Shown: one piece after another, positions 8,624 through 18,621 of the stretch
Numbering within the stretch: the stretch's first letter is position 1
Layout of the letters: each line of letters begins with the position of its first letter
Virus record (IMG/VR): IMGVR_UViG_3300039355_000071
DNA length: 64,000 nucleotides
Strand: one strand, 5' to 3'
From: a virus
The notes under the pieces: model-generated
The model's database searches: none
What the model was told of the DNA's origin: nothing
The model's input: the letters and a program-made list of their open reading frames with translations, nothing else
Program-made: the position numbers and the translations under genes

Positions 8624-8917
8624 ATGGTAAGAATTGGTAGTATTGGAATAAATTTGCAGGATGAAACAAAAGAAGTTTCATCCGAAAATAAAGTTTTGAG
8701 TTTTCATCTTTTTGGTCAGTGTCCAAAATGCAAAAGAGAAATAGAACTTGTAGAATCTATGAAAACAGATTCTTGTGAATGCGAAGATTCATATTCATTC
8801 ACAGGTTGGAGATATAAATGTAAATGTGGTCATGTGGTGCAAATTCATGAAGATGCTTTTGATTCTGTCATTGATTCGTTTTATGAAGTTGGATTTGTAG
8901 AAGAAAACGCAGAGTAA
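8624..8917 (+). CDS. zinc-ribbon protein (97 aa)
   Basis: CPKCKRE...CKCGH. RBS AAAGGAGAA. Confidence 0.5.
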   Translation: MVRIGSIGINLQDETKEVSSENKVLSFHLFGQCPKCKREIELVESMKTDSCECEDSYSFTGWRYKCKCGHVVQIHEDAFDSVIDSFYEVGFVEENAE

Positions 8918-8945
8918 ATGGATATTTCATAAGGAGGTAAGCAAA

Positions 8946-9107
8946 ATGAAAGACGGAATCCACGGAAATAGAGAACAGGTTGAGAAATTATCAGCAAGCA
9001 GAATTTTAAGTGAATTATATGACAAGGCGAAAATCGAAAATGATGGGAAAGTTCATATTAGAGAAATCAAAAACGGACATGTCGGAGAAATGATTGAAAA
9101 ATATTAA
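8946..9107 (+). CDS. small hypothetical protein (53 aa)
   Basis: RBS AAGGAGGTAAGC. Confidence 0.45.
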   Translation: MKDGIHGNREQVEKLSASRILSELYDKAKIENDGKVHIREIKNGHVGEMIEKY

Positions 9108-9146
9108 CAAATAAATACGTGTTTTCATTAGAAAGGAGAAATAAAA

Positions 9147-9359
9147 ATGGCAAGAACAAATTTTGATATTATTAGAGGTTTAATGATTGCAGATAATACT
9201 CTTGACTCTTGGATTTGTGAAACAGAAGCAGAAGAGAAAAGAGATTTGACAGCAGAAGAAGAGAATGCATATATTCAGAATATTGTGGATATATGCGAAG
9301 AGATAATGCAGGGTTTGTCTTGCACTTTAGTGGAAGCATATAAAGAGATTTCGGAGTAA
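9147..9359 (+). CDS. small acidic protein (70 aa)
   Basis: RBS GAAAGGAGAA. Confidence 0.5.
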   Translation: MARTNFDIIRGLMIADNTLDSWICETEAEEKRDLTAEEENAYIQNIVDICEEIMQGLSCTLVEAYKEISE

Positions 9360-9373
9360 AGAGGAGAAACAGA

Positions 9374-9583
9374 ATGGATATTATTGAAGAAAAAGGGTAG
9401 ACAGTAACCTATATTCCTTGGGAAGATACGGAAGGCAGACCAAGAGTGGCAGGAAGATTCAAAACTACAAGGGAAAAAGATGAATTTTTAGAAAAGATTC
9501 ATGAACCTGATTCTGGATGGATGGATGAAGAACTTGCAATGATTAGTATAATCAATGATTACAATTACATGTTGCCAAGATAG
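9374..9583 (+). CDS. hypothetical protein interrupted by an in-frame TAG at codon 9 (9398-9400)
   Basis: Strong RBS AGAGGAGAAACAGA, then ATG. The frame stays open for 61 codons after the TAG. Confidence 0.3.
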
Positions 9584-9615
9584 GAAATTCGCATTTCAAA
9601 GGAAAGGAGCAAATT

Positions 9616-9786
9616 ATGGATAGATACTTAGTTGTGTGGTTAAGAGAAGGCAGAGAGAATGTTGATGTCATTGATAATGCTATCACTCCGCATGAAGCGG
9701 CTAATAAGGTAAAGGAAATGCATTTAAATGCTAACGTAGTAGCAGTAGGCATTATGTTAGATAACGAACAGTGGAATTATCTGTAG
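9616..9786 (+). CDS. small hypothetical protein (56 aa)
   Basis: RBS GGAAAGGAGC. Confidence 0.4.
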   Translation: MDRYLVVWLREGRENVDVIDNAITPHEAANKVKEMHLNANVVAVGIMLDNEQWNYL

Positions 9787-9829
9787 TAGTTAAAACTAAG
9801 ATTTCTTGGTATGATTGGAGGTAACTAAG

Positions 9830-10114
9830 ATGTTTAAAGTTGGTGATTTAGTATATGTATCTAATCCAGATACAGAATACGAAAAGGAATATGGAGAGAG
9901 AACACATAAAAGCTTCTTTGGTACAGTAACAGATGTTACAGAATATACAGATGAAATTTGTGTAGAAGTGAAATTTCCAGCAACACCAAACGGATGTGCA
10001 ATGGAATGGAGCTATAATACAAACGAATTATCACTTGCAAAGAAACTTAAAGATATGACTATTGAAGAGTTGAGCAACAAATTCAACCTTCAGATTTTTG
10101 CTGAATATCTATAA
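9830..10114 (+). CDS. hypothetical protein
   Basis: RBS GGAGGTAA, ATG at 9830. Confidence 0.5.
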   Translation: MFKVGDLVYVSNPDTEYEKEYGERTHKSFFGTVTDVTEYTDEICVEVKFPATPNGCAMEWSYNTNELSLAKKLKDMTIEELSNKFNLQIFAEYL

Positions 10115-10205
10115 TGTTTAGTAACTAAACAAAATAATGCAAACGCAAAGGCAGTTAGGAGAATAATCTACTAGCTGCCTATTTTATTACAAGGAGGAAA
10201 CGAAT

Positions 10206-10475
10206 ATGAGCAGATGGCTATATGATCCTGAAACGGATTCACGGAATGGGAAAGAGTTTACTTACAATTTGCCAATACATGAAAATGAGGACTTACTTTT
10301 AGGTTTTACATATAGGCAAATTATGGATGAAGTGATTGCAAATTACGGTCACAATGTAACAGAAAAAGAAATCAGAAAACAGGTAAACGAACATCTGGAA
10401 ATGGTTAAAGAAAATATGGAAGAAAATTTAATGTTGTGTATCGACAGTATGTTGAAAGGAATTAAGGAGGCGTAA
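10206..10475 (+). CDS. hypothetical protein (89 aa)
   Basis: RBS AAGGAGGAAAC. Confidence 0.5.
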   Translation: MSRWLYDPETDSRNGKEFTYNLPIHENEDLLLGFTYRQIMDEVIANYGHNVTEKEIRKQVNEHLEMVKENMEENLMLCIDSMLKGIKEA

Positions 10476-10477
10476 TT

Positions 10478-11209
10478 ATGTATAAAATCATTAACCCATG
10501 TAAATGTAAAGTTTACACAAGAACAGGAAACGAAGTAGATGGAAATGCATTTGTGAAAATTGAATATAAAGATTCAAAATTAAGTATGAGTGGTGTAGTT
10601 GCGCCATTATCAAACGGAGATTGTCTTGGCTCTGCTGGTCAGTGTGTAGATGAAATTAGAAATGGTTCACCAACAGATGAGTGGACAACGGAAATGCTTA
10701 ACAAATTATGTGATATTTGGGACAGATGGCATTTGAATGATATGTGTCCTTATTGTGAACACATGAGAGAACTTGGATGGACAGAACACACTCAGGATAA
10801 AGTTAAAATTGAGAAATGGACTTTAACAAAAGAAGCTTGTCAGAAAAAAGATAACGCAAAGAAAAGAGCATTGGAATGTTTGAAAAATGGAGAACCATTT
10901 TATCCAACTAAAGAGGAAACAACATATGCAAATATGGAATATTCTATTGATGTTTATGATGGTGAAGAAGTCACTTATGGAGAAGCATACGAATTAAAAG
11001 AGAAAGATTGTTTAGGACATTCAAATACAGAATATAAGACAAGAGGTTGGATTTCATATAAAGATCACAAACTCGGTTTTATTGGTAGAGAATGCCCAGT
11101 GTGCGGTTATAAATACGGAACTGCTTGGAAGATGGAAGAAGTACCACAGGATATAATTGAGTGGCTGGAAAGTTTACCAGAAACTAAAGTAAAGCCAGCA
11201 TGGGTATAA
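10478..11209 (+). CDS. hypothetical Cys-rich protein (243 aa)
   Basis: RBS AAGGAGG. Several CxxC pairs. Confidence 0.55.
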   Translation: MYKIINPCKCKVYTRTGNEVDGNAFVKIEYKDSKLSMSGVVAPLSNGDCLGSAGQCVDEIRNGSPTDEWTTEMLNKLCDIWDRWHLNDMCPYCEHMRELGWTEHTQDKVKIEKWTLTKEACQKKDNAKKRALECLKNGEPFYPTKEETTYANMEYSIDVYDGEEVTYGEAYELKEKDCLGHSNTEYKTRGWISYKDHKLGFIGRECPVCGYKYGTAWKMEEVPQDIIEWLESLPETKVKPAWV

Positions 11210-11220
11210 GGAAGTCTAGT

Positions 11221-11460
11221 ATGAGAGAAATTGAAGTAAACAATGGATGTAAGATTGTATTAGAGAATAAATCACAAGGTATAGAAGTTATTCATTGTGA
11301 CAGTAAGGGAGGTATTGCATATAGTTACAATATTCCTGATGGCGAACTTGTAATGTTGCTGAATTATTACAGAAACTGTAAGAGTGGCAGAGAAAAATCT
11401 GATTATATATTAGAAGGTAAAATTAGAAATACGAACACGGATATCGTTGAATATATATAG
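11221..11460 (+). CDS. hypothetical protein
   Basis: RBS AAGGAAG. Confidence 0.4.
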   Translation: MREIEVNNGCKIVLENKSQGIEVIHCDSKGGIAYSYNIPDGELVMLLNYYRNCKSGREKSDYILEGKIRNTNTDIVEYI

Positions 11461-11560
11461 TCAAAGGAAATTGTAATTTCTCGGTAGAATAATTACAAGA
11501 TATAGTAGTAAATAAAACAAACAAACACAATATATAGTATAAGAAAAGGAGATTAAAATT

Positions 11561-12073
11561 ATGAGAGCAAACGAAGTAAAGGAAACAAGAGAAGTAGTAG
11601 TAAGAACAGAGTACATTGCAGAGGATGGAACTGTATTTAGAAGCGAAGAAGAGTGCAAGAAATATGAGGAATCAGCACTTTTTGCAATTAGTAAAGAGTT
11701 AAAGAGACTGACAAAAGATAATACATCTCAAAGTGAAATCAATGATAATTTTTCATATGATGATACTGTAGAAATTTTTGATGTACAGACAGAAAGAGAT
11801 TTAGAAAATCTTAGAAGATATTTATATCTTAAAGCAAGAAATAATGGAGCATCCGAAAGTAGTGTAAATGATTGTTTTAAGTCAACAGATGGAAAAAGAA
11901 ACAATTATGTGTTTAGTAATGTAACATATGGACACGAAGTAATGATCTTTTGGGATTATGAAGAACAGTGGTTCTGGGTATATGGAAATGGTAGCATTGA
12001 GGCATTTTGCAATTTCCATAAGGATAGAATCACAAAGCTTATTACACCAAAGGAGGAAAATGCAGATGCTTAA
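11561..12073 (+). CDS. hypothetical protein (170 aa)
   Basis: RBS AAAAGGAGAT. Preceded by the CACAATATATAGTAT motif. Confidence 0.55.
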   Translation: MRANEVKETREVVVRTEYIAEDGTVFRSEEECKKYEESALFAISKELKRLTKDNTSQSEINDNFSYDDTVEIFDVQTERDLENLRRYLYLKARNNGASESSVNDCFKSTDGKRNNYVFSNVTYGHEVMIFWDYEEQWFWVYGNGSIEAFCNFHKDRITKLITPKEENADA

Positions 12074-12221
12074 TATAACATTCAAATATAAAGATGCAAT
12101 GAGTAATTGGGAATGGAGAACACAAAGTTGTACAGTGTCATCTGTTGAAGAATGTAAGCGAGTTTACGGACTTGACAATGGCGATGTTGAATACGAGATT
12201 TTAGAAGTCAAAGAGGCATAA
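12060..12221 (+). CDS. small hypothetical protein
   Basis: RBS AAAGGAGGAAA. Confidence 0.4.
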   Translation: MQMLNITFKYKDAMSNWEWRTQSCTVSSVEECKRVYGLDNGDVEYEILEVKEA

Positions 12222-12232
12222 TACAGAGAATA

Positions 12233-12262
12233 ATAAGGCAGACGCAAACATATGTGTCTGTC
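12233..12262 (+). terminator. terminator-like hairpin
   Basis: GGCAGACgcaaacatatgtGTCTGTC then TTATTTG. Confidence 0.4.
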
Positions 12263-12399
12263 TTATTTGTTGGAAAGGAGAATGCGAAATGATTACACGG
12301 AATTATTTTGGAAGCTCGAACCACGAAAATGCATGCACAAGATAGTGTAAATCATATTATGGAAAAGAGATTTGGTGCAAGAAAGTGAGGTTGAGCAAT

Positions 12400-13086
12400 A
12401 TGTATATAGAACATGATTATCATTATATAAATGCAAATGAAAATTTACTAATAGAAAAAGGTTACGGAAAAATCTCAATACATTCTATTCATTTTGATAG
12501 GCATTATTCAGAAGAGCAGAAGGAAAAGAATAGACAGATTGCAGAATCCATGACAAGTGAGCAATGGAGTAGACACTGCGAAGAGGTCGCAAAAGATTTT
12601 TCAAAACCAATGGAAAATATTTTGAAAATCTTTTTAAACAAATATTCCATATTCCAAGCATCAGAAAATGTTTCATATGATAGTGATTGGGATTTATATT
12701 TTTGGAGTAATAAAGGATGGAATGGGAAAGATTATATGGACTGTTTCAAACTTGAGTTTAACACGAATAGAAGTGTAGAAAAGAATATGACTTTGTTAAA
12801 TGAAATTATTCCACTCGTTGAGTCTATGGAATATGAAAACATAGGTTGCCGTATACAATATAATGCTGTCTTAGACAAAGAAAAAATAGAAAGAGAAGCG
12901 AAAGAAATCTGCGAAAAGCTTACAGGAAAATTTATAACATATTGTGGAATTGAAGGAAAAATCAAAGTTGTGGATGAAGTTAATAACTATAAAATTTATG
13001 GATTTTTTAAGAAAGGTGCAAGAAGTAAGTATTACAAAGTATCAAATGTAGAAATATTAGCAATGAAATTACAAGAGGCAATTTAA
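12400..13086 (+). CDS. hypothetical protein (228 aa)
   Basis: RBS GTGAGG. Confidence 0.5.
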   Translation: MYIEHDYHYINANENLLIEKGYGKISIHSIHFDRHYSEEQKEKNRQIAESMTSEQWSRHCEEVAKDFSKPMENILKIFLNKYSIFQASENVSYDSDWDLYFWSNKGWNGKDYMDCFKLEFNTNRSVEKNMTLLNEIIPLVESMEYENIGCRIQYNAVLDKEKIEREAKEICEKLTGKFITYCGIEGKIKVVDEVNNYKIYGFFKKGARSKYYKVSNVEILAMKLQEAI

Positions 13087-13111
13087 TATGGAAGATAAGG
13101 AGATAACATAG

Positions 13112-13324
13112 ATGAAAAAGTATGTAGTTTCAAAAGATACAAAATCTGGTTTATGGTATGCACATAGAGAAGATCTTCCACACGTTCCGATTAGTGGGAG
13201 CTTTAGCGAAAAGAAATCAGAATCAAAGGAATATGCAAAAATGTATATGGGTTTACAGAATAAAGTAGAACAGATTGAAGAAAACAGACGTGAAAATTTT
13301 ATGAAGGAGATGGAATTAATATGA
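13112..13324 (+). CDS. hypothetical protein (70 aa)
   Basis: RBS AAGGAGATAAC. Confidence 0.45.
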   Translation: MKKYVVSKDTKSGLWYAHREDLPHVPISGSFSEKKSESKEYAKMYMGLQNKVEQIEENRRENFMKEMELI

Positions 13325-13494
13325 TGACAAGAGAAAGATTTGCAGAGACAAACTGGAAAATGAGTTATGAGGAATATCAGAAATGTGATTGTACTGAATG
13401 TAAAAAAGAAGAATGTCCACACAGAGGAGCATATAGAAGAGTACCTGAAATTGATGGTGGACTTGGTTTATGTCCTAATCTGAAGGGAGAGTGA
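13321..13494 (+). CDS. small Cys-rich protein (57 aa)
   Basis: Coupled start. CDCTECKKEECPH. Confidence 0.4.
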   Translation: MMTRERFAETNWKMSYEEYQKCDCTECKKEECPHRGAYRRVPEIDGGLGLCPNLKGE

Positions 13495-13499
13495 TTAAA

Positions 13500-13688
13500 A
13501 TGTACAAATTACAAATATATAAACTGTTTGGTTTAGATAAAGGCAATTTAGACCACGAAGAATTTTTTGATACTAAAGAACAGATGGACAAAAGATATGA
13601 TGAATTGTTTCAAAGAGATTTGTATGGCTTAAATCCTACAGCATGGGAACAGATTGACAATGAATGGAAACGATTGGAGGGATATTAA
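13500..13688 (+). CDS. small hypothetical protein
   Basis: RBS GGGAGAGTGA. Confidence 0.4.
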   Translation: MYKLQIYKLFGLDKGNLDHEEFFDTKEQMDKRYDELFQRDLYGLNPTAWEQIDNEWKRLEGY

Positions 13689-13689
13689 T

Positions 13690-13887
13690 ATGTTCAAATA
13701 TATAATTTGGTATAGTGGTGGATGGCTTAGAGATAGTTCAGGTTTGGGTTATCTCTATGAAACCGAAGAAGAAGCAAGAGAAGAGGGCGAACTTGCAAAA
13801 GAAGAATACATGAGAGATTGGGATATTGAAGGTAGTGAATATGATCCTGATGATTTCGAGATTGAAATTGTAGAGGTGTTAGCATGA
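13690..13887 (+). CDS. small acidic protein
   Basis: RBS GGAGGGATA. Confidence 0.4.
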   Translation: MFKYIIWYSGGWLRDSSGLGYLYETEEEAREEGELAKEEYMRDWDIEGSEYDPDDFEIEIVEVLA

Positions 13888-14102
13888 TTAAAATCTATCA
13901 GAACAAGAGAAATAAACGAAAATACATTGAAGTTCATAATGACGGACATTATCACAATTCTGTTCGTCAGTATATACAGTATGATCAGAAAGTTGCTGGT
14001 CATAAAGTTGGAGTTGTTAGAAATTACACTGGTGATGGAAAACTTCATCGGTGGAGAAAAGGAAACCTAAATGAGCTACTAGAAGATTACAAGGAGGCAT
14101 GA
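13884..14102 (+). CDS. small basic protein (72 aa)
   Basis: Coupled to the previous gene. Confidence 0.4.
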   Translation: MIKIYQNKRNKRKYIEVHNDGHYHNSVRQYIQYDQKVAGHKVGVVRNYTGDGKLHRWRKGNLNELLEDYKEA

Positions 14103-14104
14103 GT

Positions 14105-14284
14105 ATGTGTAGAATAGCAGGAATTGTAATCGAGCATGGTAGAGATGATTTCGGTTATTGGGAAGGATTTAGTCTTACCGAAGCTGAAGAAAATGCCATT
14201 TGGAATATCCTAAGTAATCATGATACAGAAGGTTGCTCAATTAGAGGATCACGAAAAGAAATTGCAGAAGAGATTGGAGAGTGA
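14105..14284 (+). CDS. small hypothetical protein
   Basis: RBS AAGGAGG. Confidence 0.4.
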   Translation: MCRIAGIVIEHGRDDFGYWEGFSLTEAEENAIWNILSNHDTEGCSIRGSRKEIAEEIGE

Positions 14285-14289
14285 TTTAT

Positions 14290-14670
14290 ATGTTAAAAGC
14301 AATAAATATTAAATGGGATACAGATGGAGATATGGAAGTATTTGATGAGCTTCCAACGGAAATGATTATTCCAAATGAATTGGAAGAACTGTACAAGGAA
14401 GATAAAGAATATGCACTTGAAGAGATTTCAGATTGGATATCAGATGAGATAGGATTTTGTCACGCTGGATTCGAAGTTGTAATGGAAATCACAAGACAAT
14501 CTGTTGAGAACGAATTGTTTGATTTCTTCAATGACAAAATGAAAACTGGCGATGCACCTGAAATTAAAAGAGTTGGTCGTTATCCGGAAGAATATATCAC
14601 AATAGATAGCGGAATTGTTATTGATTGTGTAGGTGGAAGGCAGATTAGATTGATTATTCAGGTAGATTAA
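14290..14670 (+). CDS. hypothetical acidic protein
   Basis: RBS GGAGAGTGA. Confidence 0.45.
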   Translation: MLKAINIKWDTDGDMEVFDELPTEMIIPNELEELYKEDKEYALEEISDWISDEIGFCHAGFEVVMEITRQSVENELFDFFNDKMKTGDAPEIKRVGRYPEEYITIDSGIVIDCVGGRQIRLIIQVD

Positions 14671-14683
14671 GGAGCGATGATAT

Positions 14684-14872
14684 ATGGATATTAAAGAAGT
14701 AATGCAAAAAGCAGTACGAGCCTTATTAAGTAGTGGATCATATGACGATTTGAATGAAGAACAGAATGCAGTTATTGTTGAATTTGAAACAGAATTATGG
14801 AAACCAAAAGTTGATGAATTGCGGAAGTCAATGTCGCCAGAAGAAATAAAGGAAACAATACATGATTGGTGA
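14684..14872 (+). CDS. small hypothetical protein
   Basis: RBS AAGGAGCGA. Confidence 0.4.
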   Translation: MDIKEVMQKAVRALLSSGSYDDLNEEQNAVIVEFETELWKPKVDELRKSMSPEEIKETIHDW

Positions 14873-14938
14873 TCAGATTATGAGATTGCAAACGGAACAG
14901 AAGATAATTTATTAGCTTATGTATAGGAGTGATGAGAT

Positions 14939-15256
14939 ATGTTAATTACAGATGAAGCAATTAAAAAAGTAGCAGAAGGAATTTCAAATTGTGTGTACTG
15001 GAATAACTTACAAGCAGTCAAAGAGTTAATGGAGTTATTCAATAAAATATCCCGAAGAGAATTACAGACAGCAGATGATTACATAAATATGTATGATGAT
15101 TGCTTTTATACATATCAAACATGGGAAGACCTTGTAGAAAGCGAAAAAGATCAGAGCGACGGTCTTACAGAAGAAGAACTGAAAAAAGAATTAGAAGATG
15201 ATGAACATGGTTCTGTATGGCAACTTCCTTGTGGATGGTATGTACAGTATGTGTAA
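14939..15256 (+). CDS. hypothetical protein (105 aa)
   Basis: RBS AGGAGTGA. Confidence 0.45.
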   Translation: MLITDEAIKKVAEGISNCVYWNNLQAVKELMELFNKISRRELQTADDYINMYDDCFYTYQTWEDLVESEKDQSDGLTEEELKKELEDDEHGSVWQLPCGWYVQYV

Positions 15257-15305
15257 GTAGTGGATTTGAAACAAGAGTTTCAAGTCTTTTAGAATGGAGG
15301 AAAAA

Positions 15306-15521
15306 ATGGATAATATATTTAGAATAGAAGTAGATACAGGAAGTGGTGGGTATGGTTTTACAGATACATTACCAGAACTTCTTGCAGATGTTGATATGGA
15401 ATATGGAACAAAAGAAGTCAAAAAAGTGTCTGAATGGACAAAGACATCAAAAGATGGTGACGAATATGTGAGTGAAGATGGGAAAATGCATATTTTTAAC
15501 ATGGGAAAAGAGATACAATGA
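15306..15521 (+). CDS. small hypothetical protein
   Basis: RBS GGAGGAAAAA. Confidence 0.4.
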   Translation: MDNIFRIEVDTGSGGYGFTDTLPELLADVDMEYGTKEVKKVSEWTKTSKDGDEYVSEDGKMHIFNMGKEIQ

Positions 15522-15554
15522 AATGAGGATTTGCTATGAAGATTGGAGAGTAAT

Positions 15555-15719
15555 ATGAACATAAACATTGGCGACAAAGTTAAAATTGAAGCAACAATCG
15601 TTGATTATAACGAAGGTGCGAAAACTGTGAAAATAAGAATAGAAGGCTTACAGGAAGATAATTACACACCAGCAGAAAGGTATATTCGTGTAAAATCTGG
15701 GAACTTTGAAAAACAATAG
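15555..15719 (+). CDS. small hypothetical protein (54 aa)
   Basis: RBS GGAGAGTAAT. Confidence 0.4.
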   Translation: MNINIGDKVKIEATIVDYNEGAKTVKIRIEGLQEDNYTPAERYIRVKSGNFEKQ

Positions 15720-15818
15720 AAGCATTAAGACAAGAATTGATAAATAGGGGTGAAAACTTATTGGTTATCATAACACATGAAACGATGATTTACTGAGTTT
15801 AGAAAGCGAGGAAACAAT

Positions 15819-16115
15819 ATGGTAAGAAAAATTAATAATAGATTGTATAAAGTTAATACATATGCTTCTGCACACATTATTGAAGTAGATGACAATTATG
15901 ATGAAGAAGTACAGAAGTTAAGAAAAGAAATCCAATTTGACAGCCTTGGGCATAAATTGAATTTACTTGTATATCTTGCTACATTAACGGTACAAGGATA
16001 TGCAATTTTAAGCGTAACAGAATTTAATATTGATGGAAGTAAGCCTAGAGTTGCTTATGCAAGCAATAAAGATTTTAAAAAGATTGTTAAGTATTATTTT
16101 GGGAAGAAAGCCTAA
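15819..16115 (+). CDS. hypothetical protein (98 aa)
   Basis: RBS AGCGAGGAAAC. Confidence 0.45.
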   Translation: MVRKINNRLYKVNTYASAHIIEVDDNYDEEVQKLRKEIQFDSLGHKLNLLVYLATLTVQGYAILSVTEFNIDGSKPRVAYASNKDFKKIVKYYFGKKA

Positions 16116-16145
16116 GAATCAGCGATTTAGAAAGGAGAATTAAAA

Positions 16146-16334
16146 ATGAAACAGAATCATTATATTGTAACTTTTAACAATGGGAAAACTGTATTTGCAT
16201 CTGGGTTTAATACAGAGGAAGTAGAAATCCTTGCAAAAGCCGTAATGATAAAGAGTGGATTATCTTATGACATTAAAAGTGTTAAGACAACAAGTAATTT
16301 ATCTGATATGGCAGATACAGATTTTGTAGCATAG
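16146..16334 (+). CDS. small hypothetical protein
   Basis: RBS AAAGGAGAAT. Confidence 0.4.
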   Translation: MKQNHYIVTFNNGKTVFASGFNTEEVEILAKAVMIKSGLSYDIKSVKTTSNLSDMADTDFVA

Positions 16335-16365
16335 GAAACGGAAATTTCAAAAGGATGGTGATTAA

Positions 16366-16692
16366 ATGATTTTATTATTAGGTAAAAATAATGCGGTTGA
16401 AAGGTATGCAAAAGAGATACTGAACATTGATATGGATGATGATATTGTTTATTATCCAGATGAAACAACACATTATACAGATTTGCCGAAATGGGTTGAA
16501 TTAGCGAGAGAAGAGAAACCATATGTAGTGACAACACAGAGACTAGACATGATTGATGCATTTCTTCATTCTGATTTGGAATTTAAAGTGATAACAGCTT
16601 TTGAAGTAAATGATAATATTAAAGGAAGAGTTCTTGAAAATAAAGAAAAAGCTATATACGTAAAAGAAATACTTGGATTAGAACTACGATGA
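16366..16692 (+). CDS. hypothetical protein (108 aa)
   Basis: RBS AAAGGATGGTGA. Confidence 0.45.
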   Translation: MILLLGKNNAVERYAKEILNIDMDDDIVYYPDETTHYTDLPKWVELAREEKPYVVTTQRLDMIDAFLHSDLEFKVITAFEVNDNIKGRVLENKEKAIYVKEILGLELR

Positions 16693-16761
16693 AAAGCACT
16701 TCTAGTCTTTTTAATAGGACACAACACATGATATAATTAAAGAAAAACGGAGGTAATTAAT

Positions 16762-16902
16762 ATGGCATATTTAATAGCATTTATTATTGTATTTGGTATT
16801 CCTTATTATCTTAATCAAAAGGAAGAATCTCGTAAGAGACAAGATATGTATAATAACTTAAACAAGAAGTCTGTAGATGAAATGGAAAAGTGGAGAAAAT
16901 AG
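16762..16902 (+). CDS. small single-TM membrane protein (46 aa)
   Basis: RBS ACGGAGGTAA. MAYLIAFIIVFGIPYYL is a hydrophobic N-terminus. Confidence 0.4.
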   Translation: MAYLIAFIIVFGIPYYLNQKEESRKRQDMYNNLNKKSVDEMEKWRK

Positions 16903-16927
16903 TAATATAAAATAAGAAGGGTGGTTG

Positions 16928-17554
16928 ATGAATATGTTCGGAGGACTATTAGCGTTCTTAGGAATTTATGCAGGAAGTGCTGCAAAGGCAGCTAAAGATA
17001 ACTATGATATGAAGAAAATTACTCGTACAGTTGATGAAAAAGGAAATGTTCATTATGCAGACAGATTGTGTAATGATTACATCAATGGAGAGCGAGTAAA
17101 GAGAGTTGAAACTACTGATAGAAACGGAGTTAAGTTGTATTCTACAGTTGGTGTGAACAGTAGTAAAGTATATGATACTTCTTACGGAAGGGGTACACAG
17201 CAGTTATTCGAAATGAGTGAACATGATAAACAGGAAAATTTGAAATACGGGAAAAATGTATATAGTCAATACAATCCATATTTCGGAAAAACTGTTACAA
17301 CTGAAATTAGTTCAGGCAGAACAATTACCTGTTTGTTTAGTGGTAAAAATAGTAAGACTGGTAAAGAGTTCTATAGAGTATGGTATTTTCGTCCAGAATG
17401 TCAAGGAAAGCTTGATTACAATACTACTGTTGATGGAGATATGGGAATTGAAATTACAAAAGAAGAATTTAATAAGTTGAAATTTGGAGCTTTGACATGT
17501 ACATGCATGCCAAGTGATTATGATGTAGTCCATGCATTATGGGGTGATAGGTAA
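16928..17554 (+). CDS. hypothetical protein with a hydrophobic N-terminus (signal-peptide-like)
   Basis: MFGGLLAFLGIYAGSAAKAAK. 208 aa. Confidence 0.45.
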   Translation: MNMFGGLLAFLGIYAGSAAKAAKDNYDMKKITRTVDEKGNVHYADRLCNDYINGERVKRVETTDRNGVKLYSTVGVNSSKVYDTSYGRGTQQLFEMSEHDKQENLKYGKNVYSQYNPYFGKTVTTEISSGRTITCLFSGKNSKTGKEFYRVWYFRPECQGKLDYNTTVDGDMGIEITKEEFNKLKFGALTCTCMPSDYDVVHALWGDR

Positions 17555-17802
17555 TGAATAAACAGAGAAGAGAAAAAATAGGTAAACTTAAAACAAGGAT
17601 TCAGAGTACAAAAATTGAGTTAAAACAAGTTTCAAGTGAGTTATCTTCTATATTAAGTGAAGAACAGGATGCATTTGATAATATGCCAGAAGGATTACAA
17701 AGCAGTTATAGAGGAATGTGTTCTGAAGATGCAATTGATAGTATGGAAGAAGCGAGTGAAAAACTTGATGAAGCGATTGAGTTGTTGGATGATATTGTGT
17801 AG
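17554..17802 (+). CDS. small coiled-coil protein
   Basis: ATGA overlap with the previous gene. Confidence 0.4.
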   Translation: MNKQRREKIGKLKTRIQSTKIELKQVSSELSSILSEEQDAFDNMPEGLQSSYRGMCSEDAIDSMEEASEKLDEAIELLDDIV

Positions 17803-17859
17803 AATAGAAGGCACAATAAATAATAGTTTACTATGGAAAGTAAAGGAAAATAGTAGTGT

Positions 17860-18138
17860 ATGAAAATGACAGTAAGCGATATATTAACAATAACAGGTGG
17901 AAATACAAGCTTTTATATTCAAGGAACAACAGAAAAAGACGAAATTGTTCAGTTAGCTTATGGAAAAGTTGATGATATTAAATTTCCGTTAGTTCCATAT
18001 GGGAAATATGAAGTACAACACATTTCAGTAGATGAAAATTATTTATATATTTGCATAGATGATAATATCAACTTTGCACAAATAAATCCAGAATTAACAG
18101 ATATTACTTGCGATGGGTTTACAGGCTATATAATATAA
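17860..18138 (+). CDS. hypothetical protein (92 aa)
   Basis: ORF with ATG start. Confidence 0.4.
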   Translation: MKMTVSDILTITGGNTSFYIQGTTEKDEIVQLAYGKVDDIKFPLVPYGKYEVQHISVDENYLYICIDDNINFAQINPELTDITCDGFTGYII

Positions 18139-18188
18139 AAATACCAAGTAAATTTAACTTTCTTAGGTTGTGAAAGGAGAAATTATAT

Positions 18189-18395
18189 ATGATTAACGAA
18201 AAGAAATTCTTTTATAAAGCTAGAAGATATGAAGATAATAAAGAGGTAATAGGAAGAGTTGGAAGTTCTCACTCAACAGAAGACGGAAAAGAAGTGACAA
18301 CTTATTTTAATGAGTATATTGGAGATAACAGTCCAAATGCAAATTGGAAAAGCTGCGTTGTTAAAACAGATTCAATACAGCCATATAAATTATAA
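18189..18395 (+). CDS. small hypothetical protein
   Basis: RBS AAAGGAGAAAT. Confidence 0.4.
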   Translation: MINEKKFFYKARRYEDNKEVIGRVGSSHSTEDGKEVTTYFNEYIGDNSPNANWKSCVVKTDSIQPYKL

Positions 18396-18621
18396 TCATA
18401 AGAAAGAATGATTTACTTGGAAGATTGGAAGAGGTAATATAAATGGATAGAAAACGAAATAATCCTACATGGTGTTGTGATCAAATTGAAGAGAAAATTA
18501 AAGATTATAAAATATCTCTTACAGAAATTAAAGGAGAAGAAGTAAAAAGACAGATGGAAATTGTGATTAATGATTTGGAAACAATTCTATACAGGTAGAT
18601 TAGAGGGGAGGGTGATATAAA

